From: Planctomycetota bacterium
GTDB taxonomy: Bacteria; Planctomycetota; B15-G4; SIAN01
Length of the DNA stretch: 64,000 nt
NCBI GenBank assembly: GCA_031409275.1
Contig: JANNXA010000055.1
Coordinates: 160,001-224,000 of the forward strand
Direction of reading: 5' to 3'
A model generated the notes under the pieces. That model was not told where the DNA came from. It did not search any database and saw only the letters and a program-made list of their open reading frames with translations. Position numbers and translations under genes: made by a program. Below, one piece after another: positions 48,261 to 56,658 of this stretch (position 1 is its first letter; every line of letters begins with the position of its first letter).

Positions 48261-49381
48261 ACGCGCCGCCGCGCACGATCTTCGTCAGCGCTGGCGACAC
48301 GTCGGGCGACCACCACGGCGCGCGCCTCGTCGAAGAGTTGCGCCTTCGCTTCCCCGACGCGCGCTTCACCGGGTTCGGCGGCGATGCGCTACGCGCCGCC
48401 GGCGTCGAGCTGCTCGATCCGCTGGCCGACCATCCCGTGATGGGGTTCGCGCCGGTCCTCGCACAGATCGGCCGCTTCATCCGCCTGCTGAACGGCATCG
48501 ACGGATGGCTCGCGCGCGAGCGTCCCGACGTCGTGATCCCGATCGACTACCCCGGCTTCAATGTGCGATTGGCTCGCCTCGCCCGCGGCCACGGCATCAA
48601 GGTCGCCTACTACATCTGCCCGCAGTACTGGGGCTGGGCGCCGTGGCGCGCGAAGCGCTTCGCCACCAGCATCGACCTCGGCCTCACGTTGCTGCCGTTC
48701 GAGGCGCCCTTCCTCGCCCGGTACGGCATCGCAGCGACCTGCGTCGGTCATCCGCTCGCCGATCGCATGGCGGAGGTGGCCCCGGCCGGCGCCGACGCCG
48801 ACGCGCTCGCGCTGCTTCCCGGCAGTCGCCGCCGCGAGATCGACGAACTCTTCCCATGGCAGCTGCGGGCGGCCGCGACGCTGGCGCAACGCGGTGCGCG
48901 ACGGCTGCGACTGGTGAGCGCCCATCCGCGCGCCGCGCAGCGCGACTACCTGCGCTCGATGGCGCGCGCCGCCGGCCTCGAAGTCGACGTGCGCGATCAG
49001 CCGCTGCCGCAACTGCTGCGGGAGTGCCGCGCCACGATCGTCACCTCGGGAACGGCGACGCTCGAGTGCGCCCTGATGCGCGTGCCGTCCGTGATCGTCT
49101 ATCGGGTGAACGCCTTCTCGAAGTGGGCGTCGAGCTTCATCTTGACGAGCCCCTGGATCGGCCTGCCGAACCTGCTCGCCGGCGACGAGCTCTTCCCCGA
49201 GTACCTCGCGGTCGAGGACCCTGGCGCGCCGCTCGACCGCGACCTCGCGGCGCTGTGGGACGACGGGGCGCCGCGTGAGGCGTGCCTGCGCGAGCTCGAC
49301 CGCTTGCGCGCCACGGTGCTGGTGCCGGGTGCCGCGCGCAAGGCCGCGGCCGCCATCGCGGAACTGATCGAGAGACGCTGA
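48257..49381 (+). CDS. lpxB: Lipid-A-disaccharide synthase
   Basis: AGDTSGD, VMGF, IDYPGFN, PQYWGW, LPFE, VGHPL, LPGSR, SGTATLE, LPNL. Confidence 0.95.
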   Translation: MNAPPRTIFVSAGDTSGDHHGARLVEELRLRFPDARFTGFGGDALRAAGVELLDPLADHPVMGFAPVLAQIGRFIRLLNGIDGWLARERPDVVIPIDYPGFNVRLARLARGHGIKVAYYICPQYWGWAPWRAKRFATSIDLGLTLLPFEAPFLARYGIAATCVGHPLADRMAEVAPAGADADALALLPGSRRREIDELFPWQLRAAATLAQRGARRLRLVSAHPRAAQRDYLRSMARAAGLEVDVRDQPLPQLLRECRATIVTSGTATLECALMRVPSVIVYRVNAFSKWASSFILTSPWIGLPNLLAGDELFPEYLAVEDPGAPLDRDLAALWDDGAPREACLRELDRLRATVLVPGAARKAAAAIAELIERR

Positions 49382-49412
49382 GCGGCGCGCCACCATCGGC
49401 GCACCTTCGAAC

Positions 49413-51281
49413 TCAGTCGCGCGACGCGGGCGGCGAGGGCGGCGGATCGACGAGGAAGATGACGCGAATGCGCCGCGATGGTGCGGTCGTCCTCGACTTC
49501 GACACCGAAGCGGGAGCGGCGTCGAGGAGGCCGCCGACGGCGGCATCGTCGCCGGCGATCGCTCGATACCGCTCGCTCGAGAGCAGCGCTTCGCTCGGCT
49601 CGGCAGTGGCAGGATCGGCGCTCGCGGCGCGGCCGACCGCGCCCGCGACGTCGCCTGGCTGCTGCAAGTCGCGCGCGGCGCCGGCCGTTTGCGCCGCGAC
49701 TCGACCCGCGCGCCACCGCGCAAGCCATGCCTCCGGCGTAAGTGGCTGCGCGCCATGCCACGCCTGCCACTGCGCTTCGTCGACATCGACGATCATCACT
49801 TCGTCGGCACGCGCACCCGGCGACGCATCCTTGTCTGCCGGCGAACTCTCGTGCGCCTCTTCGCGAGCGCCACCCGCGACGCCCGGCTCCGTGACGATGG
49901 GCCGCGCGTCCGCAGCATCGATCCGCGCGAAGAGGAGCAAGGTCGGCGCTCTCGCTGCGGCAGCCACCGAATCGTCGCTGGAGCGCTCCAACCGCTTGGC
50001 GTCTCCCTTCTGCTCCGGTTTGTTGTCGCGATCGGCGACGTGCTTCGCCTGTTCGCGCGACCGCTCCTTCGCGGATTCACCGGTCGAGAAGCCGCCCTCA
50101 CCCGGTTTCGAGGAAGGCGACGACGAGCGCGCGCTCCACTCCTCCGACTCGATCCCGTCCAGCGTCGCGCGCAACTGCGCGAGCGCGACGTGCGGCGCTG
50201 CGGCAGCGAGCAGTTGCATGGGATCGAACGGCAGCAACGTCGAGGTGTCGACAAGGCCGCGCGCCAGCGCTCCGGGCGCTTCCTCCGATGGAGCCGCCGT
50301 TGTTTCTGGAATCCCGCCGCCATCGTCGCCCGTCGGCGCCGGCGCCGCGACGTCACGTGGGCGGGCCGCTTCGCCGCCGGGGTTCCCGGCCGGCGGAGCG
50401 CCGAGAGGGGCGGGCGCTGCGGGTTTGCGAACGTCCGTCGAGACCGGCTTCGTCGGAGCCTCCTCCTGCTTCTTGGGATCGAGCGAGCCGGAGGTGGCGC
50501 CGCGGGGTCGCGACGACTCCTCGTCCGACTCCACGGCCGGATCTTTCTTCGACTTCGAGTCTCCCGCCAGCGGCGCGTCCTTCTTCCGCCCCGGTTCACG
50601 GCCCGCGCGGCGGTAACCCTGCTCGTCAGTAGCCCCCTCGCGGTCCGCCCCATCGAGCGCTTCGAAGTCGAGGATCGCCGGCGACGACGCCTCGTCCTCG
50701 AGCGCGTGCTCGGCAGGCGCGTCGCTTGCGCCGGCTGCGCCCTCGCTCGAAGCACGTCCCGGAACTCCACTGCCGCCACCGCCGCCGCCCGTCGCGTATC
50801 CGCTGAACCGTTCCTGATCGAACTCTTCGAGCGCGTCGAGATCGGTCATCGCCGCGGGTGGCGCCGAAGCCACGGATGCTGCGTCGCGCGCGGCCAGCAG
50901 CTCCGTTGCCGGCGCGAGAAGCCGCGATTGAAACCAAATCACCGCCGCCACGGCGGTCGCCGCCGCGAGCGCCAACGGCGCGGCGATCTTCCGCCAGCGC
51001 GACACGACGAGGCGCGGGGTGAGCGGCGCAGCAGCGGCGGCATTGACGCGGACGGCCGCATCCAACGCAGCCAGCGTGGCGTCGCGCAACTCGGCGGGAG
51101 CCGCCGTCGGGCCGCCGACCCTCAGTTCGCGCAATCCCGCCGTCACGCGGCGCGCCCGCAGGGCGGCCTCGCGGCAACTCGCACAACTCGCAAGGTGCAG
51201 GTCGAGCAGCGCCTGCTGTTCCGCCGACAAGCCGCCGTCGGCTGCGGTCCAGACCCACTCGCGCAGCGCTTCGCAGCTCAT
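49413..51281 (-). CDS. Zinc-binding (ZAS/zf-HC2) anti-sigma factor with TM and long low-complexity C-terminal region
   Basis: HLASCASC (HxxxCxxC); TM APLALAAATAVAAVIWF; ATGA overlap with the sigma gene. Confidence 0.85.
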   Translation of the reverse strand: MSCEALREWVWTAADGGLSAEQQALLDLHLASCASCREAALRARRVTAGLRELRVGGPTAAPAELRDATLAALDAAVRVNAAAAAPLTPRLVVSRWRKIAAPLALAAATAVAAVIWFQSRLLAPATELLAARDAASVASAPPAAMTDLDALEEFDQERFSGYATGGGGGGSGVPGRASSEGAAGASDAPAEHALEDEASSPAILDFEALDGADREGATDEQGYRRAGREPGRKKDAPLAGDSKSKKDPAVESDEESSRPRGATSGSLDPKKQEEAPTKPVSTDVRKPAAPAPLGAPPAGNPGGEAARPRDVAAPAPTGDDGGGIPETTAAPSEEAPGALARGLVDTSTLLPFDPMQLLAAAAPHVALAQLRATLDGIESEEWSARSSSPSSKPGEGGFSTGESAKERSREQAKHVADRDNKPEQKGDAKRLERSSDDSVAAAARAPTLLLFARIDAADARPIVTEPGVAGGAREEAHESSPADKDASPGARADEVMIVDVDEAQWQAWHGAQPLTPEAWLARWRAGRVAAQTAGAARDLQQPGDVAGAVGRAASADPATAEPSEALLSSERYRAIAGDDAAVGGLLDAAPASVSKSRTTAPSRRIRVIFLVDPPPSPPASRD

Positions 51282-51925
51282 CGCGCCACCTCCGGCCCCT
51301 GGAAGCCGCTGCCGCCAAGCGCTCGCGACAGCTCTTCGCGCGCGCGCGCCAGGCGCGAGCGGACCGTCCCGATCGGGACTTCAAGCAGCGCCGCGATCTC
51401 TTCGTAGCTCTTGCCCTCGACGTCGCGCAGCAGGACCACGATGCGACGCGATTCCTCGAGCGCCGCGAACGCGCGATGGAGGCGCGCCCGCTCTTCCGTC
51501 GCCTGCGCCTGTTCGGGCGGGGTGGCGACTTCTCCGGGGATCTCGAACGTCGAGTCGTCTCCGGCGGCGGCCGCACCCAACGACAGCTGGCGACCCCGCG
51601 CCTTCGCGGCGAGGCTGCTGCTGCGGTTCAGGTGGAGGTTCACCACGATGCGATGGATCCAGGTCGTGAAGGCGGCGTCGCCGCGAAAGGCGGCGATGCC
51701 CTGAAGCGCGCGCAAGAACGCTTCCTGCGCCAGCTCCTGCGCGTCGTCGCGTCGGCCACGGCACAGCTGCAGCGCCAACGTGAAGACGCGATCCTGGTGG
51801 AGTTCGACGAGCTCGCCGAACGCCGCCCGATCCCCGAGCCGGGCACGGGCCACCACCGCCGAGTCATCGGCAGCGGCGGTCGCGTCCAGCGCAGGCGTCA
51901 CGACCTTGGATGACGACGGGTCCAT
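51278..51925 (-). CDS. ECF sigma factor
   Basis: GDRAAFGELV, DAQELAQEAFL, FTTWIHRIVVN, SYEEIA..L.VPIGTVRSRLARAR. Confidence 0.95.
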   Translation of the reverse strand: MDPSSSKVVTPALDATAAADDSAVVARARLGDRAAFGELVELHQDRVFTLALQLCRGRRDDAQELAQEAFLRALQGIAAFRGDAAFTTWIHRIVVNLHLNRSSSLAAKARGRQLSLGAAAAGDDSTFEIPGEVATPPEQAQATEERARLHRAFAALEESRRIVVLLRDVEGKSYEEIAALLEVPIGTVRSRLARAREELSRALGGSGFQGPEVAR

Positions 51926-51956
51926 CCGGTTCCCGACCGGGCCGCTGCCCGGAGCG

Positions 51957-52253
51957 TCACGGGGAGATACGACGGACGGTCACCGAGCCGCCGCGCACCG
52001 CCACCAGCCAATCGCCTTCGCCAAGCCTGGGCAACGCGACCTCGCCGCAGCAGTTCGCACCGCCGCTCGTTGCGCAGCCGCTGCAGTCGCACGCCTTCGA
52101 AGGCGCCGCGCCGCCCGCCGCCGGCGCCAGCTCGATGCCAGCCCACAACGCATAGTCGCGAGCCGCCGGCGTGACCAACGTGTCGCGATCCACGACCAGT
52201 CGCGAGCCGCGCGCCAGCCGGCGCAAGTCCGCCTCGGTCACCAAGCGCTTCAC
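51957..52253 (-). CDS. Small Cys-rich BMC-locus protein (98 aa)
   Basis: GTG overlaps the BMC-T stop. N-terminus KRLVTEADL...TLVTPAARDY resembles short N-terminal domains of EutQ/EutT-type BMC proteins; followed by CDCSGC...CC. Confidence 0.75.
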   Translation of the reverse strand: MKRLVTEADLRRLARGSRLVVDRDTLVTPAARDYALWAGIELAPAAGGAAPSKACDCSGCATSGGANCCGEVALPRLGEGDWLVAVRGGSVTVRRISP

Positions 52254-52855
52254 GAGGAGTTTCCCGGGCGCAACCACGCCATGAGGTCGGCGTGCGGTTG
52301 CGGGAGGAGGAGGGAGCCGAGCAGTTGCCCGCGCTCGCGAGCGAAGTGAAGCGCGGCCGCCAATGCGGCCTCGACTTGAGAGACCGTTCCGGTGGCGACG
52401 CAGTACGCCTTGCCGCCGAGCCCGTTCGCGGCGTTCACGGAGAGCAGCTCGATCGCCGCCGTCTTGAGCGCCGCGTCGGCCGCCAGCAGCAGCGTCGCCA
52501 CGGTCGCGCACTCGACGATCGCCACGGCTTCGCCGGCAGGGGCGACCGCCCCGCCGGCCAGCGCGCGCAGCAGGCGCGGCTCGACCTGCGGCAGGAGCAG
52601 CGTGTCGAGCGGCGCGTGCTCGAGTCCTTCTTGCGCGGCGCGCAGACCCGACACGACCGCGGCTGGCGCGCCCGCGAAGAGCACCAGCAACTTGCCGGGA
52701 GAGACCGGTCGGCACAGCAGCAGCGTGACGGGTGCCGCCTTCACCGCGCGATCGGCCGCGGCGAACCCTTCGGCAATGCTCGCGCACTCGACCAGCGCCA
52801 GCGCCTCGCCCTGCGCCGCCGTCGGCAACGCGAGATCGTCGAAGGACGGTTTCAT
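52250..52855 (-). CDS. Tandem-domain BMC shell protein (BMC-T, PduT-like)
   Basis: ALALVECASIAEGFAAADRAVKAA...PVSPGK; second domain AIVECATVA...AADAALK...GLGGKAY...G.VSQV. Confidence 0.92.
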   Translation of the reverse strand: MKPSFDDLALPTAAQGEALALVECASIAEGFAAADRAVKAAPVTLLLCRPVSPGKLLVLFAGAPAAVVSGLRAAQEGLEHAPLDTLLLPQVEPRLLRALAGGAVAPAGEAVAIVECATVATLLLAADAALKTAAIELLSVNAANGLGGKAYCVATGTVSQVEAALAAALHFARERGQLLGSLLLPQPHADLMAWLRPGNSS

Positions 52856-52865
52856 CGCACCGCCA

Positions 52866-53525
52866 TCACGCGTCGCGACCGGAGAGGCCGGCGAGCGCCC
52901 GTTCCGCCGCGCGCGCCGCCTGCTCGATCTCCGCCTCGCCGCCGCCGAGGTAGACGCGCCCGAAGGCGCCCGACGCGCGCATCTCCAGCAGCTTGATCGG
53001 CGCCGCCTTCTCCGCCTCGTTGGCGGCGAGCGCGGCGTAGCCGGCCGGCTCGCACTCGAGGATGTAGAGCGTCTCGCCGCCGAGCAGCATCATCCCGTGG
53101 CGTTCACGGTTGATCAGCATGGTCTGGTAGTCGTCGACGTGCGTGATGATCTCGGAGGATTGGAGCTTCGGCTTGCGCCGCCCCTCTTCCTTCACGCCGA
53201 GGTAGTCGAGGATGCGCTGACCGGCGCCGCGAATCTCGCTCTGCGAGTCGGAGTGCAGTTCCAGCAGCCCGTACGCGCGCTCGACGATCTGCATGCCGGG
53301 GCGCACGTCATGCGACTTCAACGCGAGATCGGTGATGCGGTTGATGGCGATGCCCGGCGCGATCTCGACGTAGAGAGCGGCCTGGCCGGCGACCGGCAGG
53401 TAGCCGCGCGCCACCGTCGCGACGAACGACGCGAACTGCGGCTGCATCCGATCGATGAAGACGAACGAGCGCAGGTCGACGCCGCGCGTCGACGTCGGCT
53501 GCCGCTCGGGAGGTGGCGATTGCAT
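52866..53525 (-). CDS. Permuted tandem BMC shell protein (BMC-Tdp, CcmP/CsoS1D-like)
   Basis: [63 protein letters not shown]. Confidence 0.93.
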   Translation of the reverse strand: MQSPPPERQPTSTRGVDLRSFVFIDRMQPQFASFVATVARGYLPVAGQAALYVEIAPGIAINRITDLALKSHDVRPGMQIVERAYGLLELHSDSQSEIRGAGQRILDYLGVKEEGRRKPKLQSSEIITHVDDYQTMLINRERHGMMLLGGETLYILECEPAGYAALAANEAEKAAPIKLLEMRASGAFGRVYLGGGEAEIEQAARAAERALAGLSGRDA

Positions 53526-53540
53526 CGCGGCGCGCCGGGA

Positions 53541-53837
53541 TCAGCTCTCGGCCGCGGCGGCCGGCGGCGATGGCAGCAGCTGCTCGACTTCGGCGTGCGG
53601 GCGCGCGATGACGTGGACGGCGACGAGTTCGCCGACTCGCTGCGCGGCTGCGGCGCCGGCATCGGTCGCCGCCTTGACGGCGCCGACCTCGCCACGGACC
53701 AGCACGGTGACGAGTCCGCCGCCGACCTTCTCGCGGCCGAGCAGGGTCACCTTCGCGGCCTTGACCATGGCATCGGCCGCCTCGATGGCCGCGACGAGCC
53801 CCTTGGTCTCGATCATTCCCAGTGCGATCTGCTGCAT
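53541..53837 (-). CDS. Hexameric BMC shell protein (BMC-H, EutM/PduA-like)
   Basis: [53 protein letters not shown]. Confidence 0.97.
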   Translation of the reverse strand: MQQIALGMIETKGLVAAIEAADAMVKAAKVTLLGREKVGGGLVTVLVRGEVGAVKAATDAGAAAAQRVGELVAVHVIARPHAEVEQLLPSPPAAAAES

Positions 53838-53902
53838 GTCGATTCACGTCCTCGGTCGGGCGCGACGCACGCCGAAAGGCGCGCGCACGCCTGGGTGGAT
53901 GG

Positions 53903-55405
53903 TCAGCGTTTGCGTGGAGGTGTCGGGTAGTCGCGGCCGCCGATCGAAGAGCCATGGAACGAAGGCGGTGCCGGCCGCCGCGGCAGGGATGCCGGCAAGA
54001 AGCTCTCGCGATCGAGACGCCGGCGCGCCTCCTCCTCGATGAAGCCGGGCCGGCCGAAGGCGAGCCGCTTGCGCAACATCAAGTTCTCGGCCGTGATGTT
54101 GTCCGACGTGATGTTGCCGCCGAACGCTCCACAGCCGAGCGTGAGCGACGGCTTCAATCCGGTCGACAGCCCGACCGCGCCGTGGCTGGCCGGCGTGTTC
54201 ACGAGGATGCGGTTGGCCGGCTTCTCGAGCGCGAACTCCCAGATGATCTTCTCGTCGTTGCTGTGGATGGTGAGCGTGTGGCCGCGGCCACCGAAATTGA
54301 GGATCTCGAGGCAACGCTCGCAGCCCGCCTTCCAATCCTTCACCACGTAGAACGCGAGGATCGGCGAGAGCTTCTCCATCGACAGCGGATGGTCCCAACC
54401 GACGCCCGTCTCCTCCGTCAGCAAGACCGGGCAGTCGCGCGGGACCTTGAAGCCCGCCATCTCCGCGATCTGCCAGGGATAGAGGCCGACGATCGCCGGG
54501 TTGAGCGCTTTGCCGTTCGCCACGACGCGCGCGAGTCGAGCGCGCTGATCGGCATCGCAGAAGTGGGCCGCGCGCGCCTTGAAGGCGGCGACCACGGCGT
54601 CACGGATCGGCGCGTCGACGACGACCGCTTGCTCGCTGCAACAGAGCGTCCCGTTGTCGAACGCCTGGCTCTGCACGATCGCCTCGACGGCAAGCTCGAC
54701 GTTCGCGCTCTTCTCGATGTAGACCGGGACGTTGCCCGGCCCGACCCCGATCGCCGGCTTGCCGGAGCTGTAGGCGGCGCGCACGAGGCCCGGCCCGCCG
54801 GTCGCGAGGATCAGCGCCGTCTCGCGCGCCTTCATCGCCGCATCGGTCCCTTCGAGCGTCGGCTTGGCGAGGCAGCTGATGAGGTCCTTCGGCGCGCCCG
54901 CACGCGTGGCCGCCTCGGCAGCGAGTCGCGCCACTTCGCCGATGCATCCCACCGCGCGCGGGTGCGGCGACAAGACGATCGAGTTGCGCGTCTTGACCGC
55001 GATCAGGATCTTGAAGATGGCTGTCGAGGTCGGATTGGTGACTGGGATGATCCCGACCACCACGCCGTAGGGCTGCGCGATCTCGTAGACGCGATTCACT
55101 TCGTCGCTGGCGATGACGCCCACCGTCTTCAGCGCGCGGATCGACTCCCAGACGCCGCTGGCGGCGAAGCGATTCTTGCGCGTCTTGCTCGAGACGTCGC
55201 CGAAGCCTGACTCGGCGCACGCCATGGTCGCGAGCCGATGGGCGTCGCGCTCGAGCACCGCGACGATCGCCGTGCAGACGCGGTCGACCTTGGCCTGATC
55301 CGCCTTGCTCCACGCGGCCTGCGCCACTGCCGAGCGGCGCGTCGCGTCGCGGGCTTCCTGGATCGAGGCGAGATCGGAGTCGGCAGCCATGAGGCGCGGG
55401 ATCAT
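53903..55405 (-). CDS. CoA-acylating aldehyde dehydrogenase (BMC-associated type)
   Basis: DLASIQEAR, ESGFG, PVTNPTST, ILATGG, YSSGKPAIGVGPGNVP, FDNGTLCCSEQ, EKLSP, GHT..IHS, PSLTLGCG. Start at ATG 55405 (overlapping the rodA stop) or 55390. Confidence 0.94.
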   Translation of the reverse strand: MIPRLMAADSDLASIQEARDATRRSAVAQAAWSKADQAKVDRVCTAIVAVLERDAHRLATMACAESGFGDVSSKTRKNRFAASGVWESIRALKTVGVIASDEVNRVYEIAQPYGVVVGIIPVTNPTSTAIFKILIAVKTRNSIVLSPHPRAVGCIGEVARLAAEAATRAGAPKDLISCLAKPTLEGTDAAMKARETALILATGGPGLVRAAYSSGKPAIGVGPGNVPVYIEKSANVELAVEAIVQSQAFDNGTLCCSEQAVVVDAPIRDAVVAAFKARAAHFCDADQRARLARVVANGKALNPAIVGLYPWQIAEMAGFKVPRDCPVLLTEETGVGWDHPLSMEKLSPILAFYVVKDWKAGCERCLEILNFGGRGHTLTIHSNDEKIIWEFALEKPANRILVNTPASHGAVGLSTGLKPSLTLGCGAFGGNITSDNITAENLMLRKRLAFGRPGFIEEEARRRLDRESFLPASLPRRPAPPSFHGSSIGGRDYPTPPRKR

Positions 55406-56658
55406 AGCGCCGCATCTCGCGCCGGCGTCGCCACGCCTCGCGCATGGAACGGGTCGAGCGGCTCGCCCGACCGATAGAGGAACGGCTCGGCATCGCGCCG
55501 CGATCGGGCCGCCGAGATCACCATGCCGATCAGCATGAAGGCGGACAGCACCGAAGAGCCGCCCTGGCTGACGAAGGGAAGCGGGATTCCGGTCACGGGA
55601 ATCAGGCCCGTGGTCATCGCCATGTTGGCGAACGCCTGCATCACCAGCGCCGCGGCCGCGCCGGTCGCGACCAGCTGGCTGAAGCGATCGCGAGTGCTGG
55701 CGCCGACGGCCAGGCAGGAGAGGCCGAGCAGCAGGTAGAGCAGCAGCAACCCGCAACATCCGACGAACCCCCACTCCTCGGCCACCACGGCGAAGATGAA
55801 GTCGGTGTGACGTGCCGGCAGGTAGGAGAGGCGATTCTGCGGCCCCTGTCCGAGTCCCTTGCCGAACAGGCCGCCCGAACCGATCGACGTCTGCGCGCAA
55901 TGCGATTGGTAGCCGGCGCCGCGCTTCAGGTTGGAGAGCTTCTCCTCGAGCGCGTCGGCGGCGACCACATCGCCGGCGCGGCGTGCCGCCAGAGCCTTCG
56001 CCGCGAGCTCCGGCACCGATTCGAGGAACGTGCGCACGCGCTCCTTCTGGTAGGGCTTCAGGATCGGTGAGAAGTACATCGCCGGCATCAGGACGGCGGC
56101 GATCGCCGCGGCGCCGACGAAGTGGAGCTTCCTCGCGCCCGCGCACCACACCATCGCGATCAAGATCGGCACCAGCAGCAGTGCCGTGCCGAGATCGGGC
56201 TCGAACTTGATCAGCACGAACGGCAGGCCGACGATCGCGAGCGGGCCGAGCCAGTCGCGCAGCCGCGTCGGCGGGCGGCGGAACTCGAGCCAGCGCGCCA
56301 ACGCGAGCACCAGCAACGGCTTCATCACCTCGCTCGGCTGCAGCTGGACGTCGAACGGGAGCTTGAACCAGCGCCGCGCGCCGCCGACCTCGATGCCGAT
56401 GAACGGCACCAGCATCAGCAGCACGATGCCGACGGCGTAAAGCGGATAGGCGAAGCGCGCGAGCCGCCGCGGCGCGAATCCAGCGAAGGCGATGAGCGCC
56501 GGCAACGCGGCCGCGGCCAGCACCAGCTGACGGCGCTCGATCCCGGCGTTCTGCGTTCCGAGCGTGCTCGACCGGACGAAGAGGATGCCGGTGGCGAGCA
56601 GACTCGCCGCGAGCAGCAGGAGTTGCCATGGCAGATCGAGACGGCGCCGCCAGATCAT
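55402..56658 (-). CDS. rodA: Rod shape-determining SEDS glycosyltransferase RodA
   Basis: GARRWF, QPSEVMK, EPDLGTA, YQKER, GAGYQ, IGSGGLFGKG, LPARHTDFIF...EEWGF, PVTGIPLPFVSQGGSS. Confidence 0.95.
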   Translation of the reverse strand: MIWRRRLDLPWQLLLLAASLLATGILFVRSSTLGTQNAGIERRQLVLAAAALPALIAFAGFAPRRLARFAYPLYAVGIVLLMLVPFIGIEVGGARRWFKLPFDVQLQPSEVMKPLLVLALARWLEFRRPPTRLRDWLGPLAIVGLPFVLIKFEPDLGTALLLVPILIAMVWCAGARKLHFVGAAAIAAVLMPAMYFSPILKPYQKERVRTFLESVPELAAKALAARRAGDVVAADALEEKLSNLKRGAGYQSHCAQTSIGSGGLFGKGLGQGPQNRLSYLPARHTDFIFAVVAEEWGFVGCCGLLLLYLLLGLSCLAVGASTRDRFSQLVATGAAAALVMQAFANMAMTTGLIPVTGIPLPFVSQGGSSVLSAFMLIGMVISAARSRRDAEPFLYRSGEPLDPFHARGVATPARDAAL

